Shown here: positions 57,977 to 64,000 of the stretch, in pieces
Numbering within the stretch: the first letter of the stretch is position 1
Layout of the letters: every line of letters starts with the position of its first letter
Virus record (IMG/VR): IMGVR_UViG_3300037418_003103
Reading direction: 5' to 3' (one strand)
DNA length: 64,000 nt
From: a virus
Lineage: Duplodnaviria > Heunggongvirae > Uroviricota > Caudoviricetes
Made by a program: the position numbers and the translations under genes
The notes under the pieces: model-generated
Told to the model about the DNA's origin: nothing
The model's database searches: none
The model's input: the letters and a program-made list of their open reading frames with translations, nothing else

Positions 57977-60400
57977 TTAAAAACTTGGTTGACCACTTAT
58001 TTTACCGCCATTTAAAGCCTTGGATGTTTCAACATGAACCATCTTAGTTATATTTCTTATAAATTCGCTATTTTTCAATAAATCTCCTGTTATATCTACG
58101 CCGTTTGAATTACTATCAGATTTTAAAACAATACTTCCATTAATAGTAATTTCTCCGAAGTTAACATCCATACTACTTGATGCTGCTGATTTAACTGCCG
58201 TGTCAAATACTCCGTTAGGCTTAGCAGCAATCAGTTCATCCTTGTTATCAATTGGTGTTATTCTTCCATTCTCAATTATTCCTCTATTCTTAGTATAGTT
58301 ACTTTTGTCTTTACCATTGAATATTGCGTCACCAGCAGCAGGTCCAATAACAGCAGTATCATCTTCTTGGTTAGCCTTGACTGCACCATAAATGAGTCCA
58401 AGGGCAGCGCCTATTCCTGTTCCCCAACCTGGTAGAATCATGCTACCCATTGCGGCACCATTTAATCCGCTACTTAGTATATTACCCGCCTTATTTGCAG
58501 TACTTCCTTTATCTGTGAAGTTATCAGTTAATGCCTGAACTCCGAACCCAGCGGCACCCAAGCCAACACCCAATCCAAGTCTTTTACCAAGCCCACTCTT
58601 CAGCGATCCAAACATACCTGAACCTGAACCAGCCATACCCGCCTTAGCCACTGTTAAGAACCCTTCGCCTAGACTAACGCCGTTTCCATACCATTTAACA
58701 GCGTTAAATAAAAGACTGCCACCGATAATAGTAGCAAGCGTACCTCCTGGCCCTAAGGTAAATGCGATACTTGCAAGACTCTTAATTACACCCGCTACGC
58801 CACCTAAAAAGTTACCTACATTTTTACCTAAAGATACTAAATCTTGTTTAAATTCTGGACTATCAAATATTTTTCTGACAAAAGGTACTAATACGTTGTT
58901 TAAATTTTCAATAATAGGAAGCATTGCAGTTTTAAATAAATCCAGCGTATTAGCCAATGCGTCATCAAAGTTTTGTGCATTCTTTGCTTGCTGTGCAAGA
59001 GTTTCCTTTTGTTTTACAGCGTTTTGAATGGCCTGCATATCCGTTTTAGTTAACGCACTCACTAATTTATCACCAACCTGTCCTTGTACATGAATAGTTG
59101 CATTTCCGTTTTCATCTAAAGATGATATTCCTTCAATATATTCCTGGGTTTTTTTATCTACATTATTTAGTTTAATTTGTGCATCTATATGAGAAAACTT
59201 AGCAGCATTCTTGGCTGATTTTGCAAGCTGTTCAAAGTCAAGTCCAGTTGCTTGTGCAACAGCTCTAAGCCTCTGCATATCAAGTGGAGCTATATCAAAT
59301 TCTTTTGTTTCCTTATTAAAAGTCGCTGTACTCTTGACAGCTTCAATGATGGACGTATTAAGAGCGTTCATGTCATTACGCGCCATGTACATCAATTTAA
59401 ACGGATCTGCAAGCGCCGCCCATCGTCCACCAAGCACTTGCAATTGTGCGGACATTTCAACAGCTCCTTCAATGTTGAATAATTTTTCAGCCATTGGTGC
59501 AACTAGTTCCATACTTGTTTGCATTTTAGCTGCAGACATAGCCATATCCTTTAATCCTTTGGCACCCTCCTTAAAATTATACTTGTTTAAAAGACTTATG
59601 TTTTCTCTTATATTTTTAATAACAACCGAAGAGTTTACGCCACTAGATCGCGCTTCCTGAACAGCAGACTGAATGTAGTCTCTAGTAGATGCAGCTCCTT
59701 TACCAATTGCATCCATGGATGCAACCATAGCAGCAGCTCCTTCTGATCCAAGCATAGTCCCCTTTGCTAGTTGCGCCATAGCACGACTACCCGCTTCGGT
59801 AAAAGTTACAGAACGGCCTATTTGTTCACTATAATCTGCTTGCATTTTAGCAATGTCCTGCATGCCTACGCCCAAATTAAGGGTTGATTCACCCATTTTA
59901 TCCACACCAACAGTTGAATCAAATATACTTTTTGAAAGATCTTTTGTTTGAGCATTAACTAGACCCATTGATAAAGCGGTTGTTTTAACCGCTTTGCTCA
60001 TTTCAAATAATCCAGAACTTTTTATTTTACCCCAAGTATCCCTAAGAGTATTAAAAGCAATAGCAGTTAGCTTGAATATTCCTTCAGCTGCCATTCGTTC
60101 TTTATTAGCGTTTTTAACCGCTTCAATATATGTTTTATTTTGATCTTTAAGTAGTTTTAATTTGGCCTCAGCAAGTTTAAGTGCAAGCTCATCAGCATCA
60201 CTATTTTCATTATTTACATCGGAAGCTTTTTCTCTTAGTTCTAGAATACTCTTTTCAATGGCACGAATATTAGCCTGGCCCTTTCCAATCTTTTGAATCA
60301 TACTCAGGTAGGATTGAGTAGATTCGTTAATCTTCATTTGAAGCTTGGCTTGTTCCCTTAATTGATTAAAGGCTCTCTGTGATTCTGATTCTAATGACAT
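57977..60400 (-). CDS. Tape measure-like protein
   Basis: 807 aa, helical and Ala/Lys/Met-rich, with Gly-rich hydrophobic segments (GAAMGSMILPGWGTGIGAALG); downstream of the tail chaperone genes. Confidence 0.75.
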   Translation of the reverse strand: MSLESESQRAFNQLREQAKLQMKINESTQSYLSMIQKIGKGQANIRAIEKSILELREKASDVNNENSDADELALKLAEAKLKLLKDQNKTYIEAVKNANKERMAAEGIFKLTAIAFNTLRDTWGKIKSSGLFEMSKAVKTTALSMGLVNAQTKDLSKSIFDSTVGVDKMGESTLNLGVGMQDIAKMQADYSEQIGRSVTFTEAGSRAMAQLAKGTMLGSEGAAAMVASMDAIGKGAASTRDYIQSAVQEARSSGVNSSVVIKNIRENISLLNKYNFKEGAKGLKDMAMSAAKMQTSMELVAPMAEKLFNIEGAVEMSAQLQVLGGRWAALADPFKLMYMARNDMNALNTSIIEAVKSTATFNKETKEFDIAPLDMQRLRAVAQATGLDFEQLAKSAKNAAKFSHIDAQIKLNNVDKKTQEYIEGISSLDENGNATIHVQGQVGDKLVSALTKTDMQAIQNAVKQKETLAQQAKNAQNFDDALANTLDLFKTAMLPIIENLNNVLVPFVRKIFDSPEFKQDLVSLGKNVGNFLGGVAGVIKSLASIAFTLGPGGTLATIIGGSLLFNAVKWYGNGVSLGEGFLTVAKAGMAGSGSGMFGSLKSGLGKRLGLGVGLGAAGFGVQALTDNFTDKGSTANKAGNILSSGLNGAAMGSMILPGWGTGIGAALGLIYGAVKANQEDDTAVIGPAAGDAIFNGKDKSNYTKNRGIIENGRITPIDNKDELIAAKPNGVFDTAVKSAASSSMDVNFGEITINGSIVLKSDSNSNGVDITGDLLKNSEFIRNITKMVHVETSKALNGGKISGQPSF

Positions 60401-61449
60401 TAGCCTTGAGGTTTAAATAATCTTATAATTGCTGTCTTGGATAATTGGTGTTTATACCCATCATTTGTATATAATTCTACTTTTGCTTTAAATACATCCT
60501 TTTGGTAAGGAAGGGTCTTATAGACAAAAACTCTGAACTTAGGATTATCTTCATCTGCTTCATGCGTTAGTGTAACATAATCAGATCCTAATTCACTAGG
60601 AACTACGGTTAAATTTTCGTAAACAACATCAAAAAGTATTTTGAAATCAGAATCAGGGATGTCGATATCCTTACCAATTGCTTCCATGTTCCAAACACTA
60701 TCCAATGGAAGTAATTTAAAGATTTCTTTCCCACTTTTTTGTTGAGTGTAGTTGTTAATGAGTTGTTCAGCAGGAACGATACCAACTGGATCACCTATTT
60801 TTATAAGACCCAGTAATTTTGGCTCATGATAAAAAGCTTTTCGAATGGTAGGATCATTCATTATATAATTATAAACGTCCAATCCCCTCTTTTTATCTAA
60901 TTGAGTTTCATCCTCAGGCGTGCTCTCAGGTTTGCTCTCAGGAGTATCTTCAGGTGCCTCTGTGCTTTCGGGCTCAGAGTGTATCTGTTCAGGGTGTGGC
61001 TCTTGAATAGGCTTGGGTTTATTTATTATATTTTTTTTCTTATTTTTAAAAATTTTCTTTGATGCAGGATATACAGTGTTAGAAGATTCGTCTTTTAATT
61101 GAAACCCAGTCACTTGATGCAGAGCTTCTGTCAATTTAACGGGCTTATGATCGTCGTCAATTTCGTATTTTATATATACATTATCTCCACCTACCTTAAC
61201 GTCTGTTAAATTTCCAGACCAATTAAAGTATTTACTATTTGGATTATCGTTAACAATTATCTTACCACCCTGATAATCTAAGAGTCTATAAGTGTTGACA
61301 CCCTTTAATGTTTTAACCAAAATGTAAGCAGTACCAGGATGCTCTGATAAAAGAGTTTGAATATTTTGCAACGCTTCCGTCAGTATCTCTTCTTTTAAGA
61401 GATTATTTAATTTTAAAAATTGACTTTCTGTTATTACGATCTTACTCAT
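60400..61449 (-). CDS. Hypothetical protein (possible head-internal protein)
   Basis: MSKIVITESQFLKLNNLLKEEILTE N-terminus; PE-rich linker; preceded by GATATTTAT. Confidence 0.65.
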   Translation of the reverse strand: MSKIVITESQFLKLNNLLKEEILTEALQNIQTLLSEHPGTAYILVKTLKGVNTYRLLDYQGGKIIVNDNPNSKYFNWSGNLTDVKVGGDNVYIKYEIDDDHKPVKLTEALHQVTGFQLKDESSNTVYPASKKIFKNKKKNIINKPKPIQEPHPEQIHSEPESTEAPEDTPESKPESTPEDETQLDKKRGLDVYNYIMNDPTIRKAFYHEPKLLGLIKIGDPVGIVPAEQLINNYTQQKSGKEIFKLLPLDSVWNMEAIGKDIDIPDSDFKILFDVVYENLTVVPSELGSDYVTLTHEADEDNPKFRVFVYKTLPYQKDVFKAKVELYTNDGYKHQLSKTAIIRLFKPQG

Positions 61450-61480
61450 GTGGTGTTGTTCTGTTTAATAAATATCATTA

Positions 61481-61518
61481 AAAATAAAAGCCTAAATAAT
61501 TATTTAGGCTTTTATTTT
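61481..61518. terminator. Perfect 38-bp palindrome, probable terminator
   Basis: AAAATAAAAGCCTAAATA-AT-TATTTAGGCTTTTATTTT, directly after the 61517 stop. Confidence 0.7.
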
Positions 61519-61778
61519 AATATATTTTTCCTTCCATCATCTGTGTTTTCAGGGCTTCTCCACTAAGTATGGTGGTTTTACTTCCCTTTCCATTTTGAAT
61601 TGATACAGGCGGATTATCTGATTGCCGTTCTTTTTTTCTATTTAATAACCCAAGGAAATATCTCCTTTTATAAGTTGGCATTTTCATAACCTCAGTATAA
61701 CCAAATCCTATTTGTGTTTTACAAATATAAATTTCGTCTAAAATATTTTTATTATACTCATAGGTTAGGCCAAAAAAA
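61517..61778 (-). CDS. Tail/baseplate assembly chaperone C-terminal extension (gp51/gpGT-like), probably reached by frameshift
   Basis: FFGLTYEYNKNILDEIY..GFGYTEVMKMPTYKRRYFL; the first ATG lies in the middle of the conserved-looking region; overlaps a T7 run. Confidence 0.6.
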
Positions 61779-62888
61779 CTTGGTGCTAAGCGGAAGAAAT
61801 GTAGAAATAGAACCACCTCCAGGGGTTCTAACAGTGACGTTTAAATCGATGCCACTTTCAATTGTCTCTATATATTCTTTTAATTTTGATGCATCCATAA
61901 GTCTTATTCTTTTGGCATAGTCGTCAATGAATGACCTATCCCTGTTTCCATTAACTTCAATAATATGCTTCTGAATAACATATGTATTTTTATTATTAAC
62001 AATGACACCATCTTCCTTTTCCTTCTGAAGAATAGCCTCTATGTCTTCCACATCACCAACGCTAAGTAATTTAAATTTTATAGAATCCTTAGATATATTA
62101 AAAGTGTAATCAAAAAGTCCCTCGTCGTCTGGTTCGGCGCCTAATTTTTTATATTCAAGAGTGTTTAAATCAATTTCTGTTTCAAAAGCTTGATCTAATT
62201 CATCTAGCAGGGTCACGGGATACATTTCTCCATAACTGGTTGCTCTAAGCCAAATCATGATTGCATTTCTATCGCCTGTATGTAGGTCTCTGTATCTAAT
62301 ATTTGGCTCTATCAGTTTTCTGTTTATAAGAACCTCTAAAAAATATCCAGAATTTAATAAGTTTGGTGAAGTTAAAATATCTTCGTCAGCTGTTGTTAAA
62401 TAAGCAACTTTAAGAGATTTTTTACCACCTTTATATAACTTACCCTCTGATGGAATAGGGATCAGGTCAAATGGTGAGTCATAATCAGGTTGACTGATCT
62501 CCTTAATTTTACCTAAATCAGAAACGCTTGAAGTCTTCGTATCAGTAGGGGATGATTTTGCTTGCATAAATTTGTTATCTTGAGTATTAATATATTTTTC
62601 GTAGTTTGGAGCAGCAACAGGCGGGTTGAATGGTTGATCCATCACTTTTTCCACTGAATTATGATATTTATCGGTTTGTTCTCTTTGTTTTTTCATAGCT
62701 TCATCTCGTTGTTTCAATTGTTCTTCCGTACGTTTTTTCATCACCTCAATAGAATCCCATTCTCCGTTTTGTTCTGCAGCATTTGAATATATTTCAGACG
62801 TAATAGCTACTTTCTTTTTTTCATACTCTCGTATTTTATCTTCCGTAATTGGCTCCTTTGAAGGGAAAACATTTGGCTTCTTTTCCAT
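61758..62888 (-). CDS. Baseplate hub assembly chaperone (T4 gp26-like)
   Basis: DLIPIPSEGKLY..VAYLTTADEDILTSPNL..GDRNAIMIWLRATSYG..IKFKLL..GID..FFWP. Confidence 0.8.
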   Translation of the reverse strand: MEKKPNVFPSKEPITEDKIREYEKKKVAITSEIYSNAAEQNGEWDSIEVMKKRTEEQLKQRDEAMKKQREQTDKYHNSVEKVMDQPFNPPVAAPNYEKYINTQDNKFMQAKSSPTDTKTSSVSDLGKIKEISQPDYDSPFDLIPIPSEGKLYKGGKKSLKVAYLTTADEDILTSPNLLNSGYFLEVLINRKLIEPNIRYRDLHTGDRNAIMIWLRATSYGEMYPVTLLDELDQAFETEIDLNTLEYKKLGAEPDDEGLFDYTFNISKDSIKFKLLSVGDVEDIEAILQKEKEDGVIVNNKNTYVIQKHIIEVNGNRDRSFIDDYAKRIRLMDASKLKEYIETIESGIDLNVTVRTPGGGSISTFLPLSTKFFWPNL

Positions 62889-62970
62889 GATATTTTTTAT
62901 TTAAATATAGATGTATAAGGTTTTTTGTAAAGTGGATTTACATTTTAAAATTATTTATTATCATCCTAGT

Positions 62971-63354
62971 ATGATATATTATCCAAACGTTATAAATGAT
63001 GATACAGATCCCACAGAAATAATTCAAAAGTGGGAGTCAAGAGCAATGCTTGATGATGTTAATAACAAGATAAATATATCTATTGCCTTCGAATTACTAG
63101 GTGGATATATTATGAGTAATGATTATTATGTAAAGCCTTGTTCTGTTGTGGTTCCTACGTTGTTTCCGATATTAAAGAGGCTACTTAATGATGAAGAATA
63201 TGAAATGAAGTGGCAGGACATTAATAAAGTGGTTATTAAGGTGTTAGAGACTTATCCTAAAGAACACATGAAGATGCTGGAAGAACATAAGGCTCTCCTA
63301 GCCGACATGGAATTTTCTCTTTTTAACAACTTTTGTAATAATTTTAATAATTAA
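62971..63354 (+). CDS. Hypothetical protein resembling the N-terminal region of gp23-type major capsid proteins
   Basis: IIQKWESRAMLDDV..NISIAFE..TLFPILKRL; likely start ATG 62971 after TATTTAT (track start 62911). Confidence 0.55.
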   Translation: MIYYPNVINDDTDPTEIIQKWESRAMLDDVNNKINISIAFELLGGYIMSNDYYVKPCSVVVPTLFPILKRLLNDEEYEMKWQDINKVVIKVLETYPKEHMKMLEEHKALLADMEFSLFNNFCNNFNN

Positions 63355-63370
63355 AATAATTTATGGGAAT

Positions 63371-63514
63371 ATGTTAGGACCGATATTAAGCAGAGAACAG
63401 GAGATAAGAAATGAGTTAGTAGAATTAATTCAGAAATGGGAATTAATGCCAGATAGAGAGGCGTGTCAACCAATGATCAATGCCTACAAAGAAATGCTCA
63501 AAAAATTTCTATAG
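63371..63514 (+). CDS. Small hypothetical protein (47 aa; missing from ORF track)
   Basis: MLGPILSREQEIRNELVELIQKWELMPDREACQPMINAYKEMLKKFL fills the gap. Confidence 0.5.
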   Translation: MLGPILSREQEIRNELVELIQKWELMPDREACQPMINAYKEMLKKFL

Positions 63515-63532
63515 TATATTTTTTGAACTTTA

Positions 63533-63564
63533 TTTGGTAATTTAATTTTTTTAGTGTATGTTTG
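63533..63564 (+). promoter_or_regulatory. Bacteroidota sigmaA-type promoter for the tRNA
   Basis: TTTG-N20-TATGTTTG, ending 9 nt before the tRNA. Confidence 0.75.
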
Positions 63565-63573
63565 TATTCAAAT

Positions 63574-63647
63574 AGCGAGGTAGAGCAGTTGAGTAGCTCG
63601 TCTGGCTCATAACCAGAAGGTCGGCAGTTCGAGTCTGCCCTTCGCTA
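63574..63647 (+). tRNA. tRNA-Met (CAT), initiator-like; CCA not encoded
   Basis: Cloverleaf: AGCGAGG/CTTCGCT acceptor, GAGC/GCTC D-stem, TCTGG-CTCATAA-CCAGA anticodon arm, GGCAG-TTCGAGT-CTGCC T-arm, discriminator A. Confidence 0.93.
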
Positions 63648-63657
63648 CAAAAATAAT

Positions 63658-63963
63658 ATGCTAGTTACAAAATATTTTTTATTTTCTATTTTTACTCTTA
63701 TTACAACCTTAAGTGTAACAATATATTTACACTGGGAAGAAATTAAAAAAAATATAGGGCTTATATCATTGCCATCTAAATCTTTATTGATTAAAGATTT
63801 TTTAGTAATTCTTTGTATTTGTCTTTTTGCAATAGGATGTGCTGGCTTATTTGTAGTAGAATCTATAGATGATATAAATAAAAAATATAAAGTTTTTTAT
63901 GCTGCAATATTTTTATTATTTTCAGTAATGCTGATAACAGGTAATATTTTATCTTTAAAATAA
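63658..63963 (+). CDS. Hypothetical membrane protein (3 TM)
   Basis: Three hydrophobic segments. Confidence 0.55.
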   Translation: MLVTKYFLFSIFTLITTLSVTIYLHWEEIKKNIGLISLPSKSLLIKDFLVILCICLFAIGCAGLFVVESIDDINKKYKVFYAAIFLLFSVMLITGNILSLK

Positions 63964-64000
63964 GTCACATTCTTTATAGTTGTCTACTGTGGACATGAAC

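Noticed and set aside
1846-61920. Numerous plus-strand ORFs of 60-170 aa antisense to large genes, and nested minus-strand ORFs (32165, 42634, 46961, 60609)
   Set aside because: They lie wholly within well-supported genes, mostly use non-ATG starts and have no recognisable motifs; these are shadow ORFs.
1-64000. Stop-codon reassignment (as in some Bacteroidota phages)
   Set aside because: Long genes are intact in code 11, and TAG/TGA end conserved genes at sensible positions; reading through the sbcD TAG still hits TAA shortly after.

Overview
This is 64 kb of an AT-rich large (likely jumbo) contractile-tailed phage genome in the standard genetic code, with nearly all genes on the minus strand. 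The host is probably Bacteroidota, judging from TTTG-N19/20-TAnnTTTG promoters, a Bacteroidota-type short RpoD-like sigma factor, SprB-like repeats and a Q-rule-like signal peptide. The window interleaves three gene sets. (1) Lysis-like genes: an overlapping spanin-like pair and a degenerate amidase. (2) T4-like replication/recombination genes: SbcC, a split SbcD, PD-(D/E)xK exonuclease, primase, RuvC-like resolvase, class II RNR, intein-containing DnaB, 5'-3' exonuclease, RecA-like protein and gp32-like SSB. (3) Virion genes: baseplate J/gp25/gp53-like, hub, tail lysin, tape measure, gp26-like chaperone and large fibre-like proteins. There is one tRNA-Met(CAT). The most notable observations are: sbcD split into two ORFs around a free-standing endonuclease, with what looks like a split reassembly mini-domain and no room for an intron; an internally deleted tnpB that keeps a near-consensus sigma70-type promoter and an omegaRNA-like structure, whose 3' flank matches a second site exactly over 18 nt; a probable +1/-2 frameshift in the tail chaperone; a Cys-bounded ~257-aa module present three times in two adjacent genes; and a recurrent TATTTAT late-promoter motif. 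All calls come from motif recognition by eye; no database searches were run.
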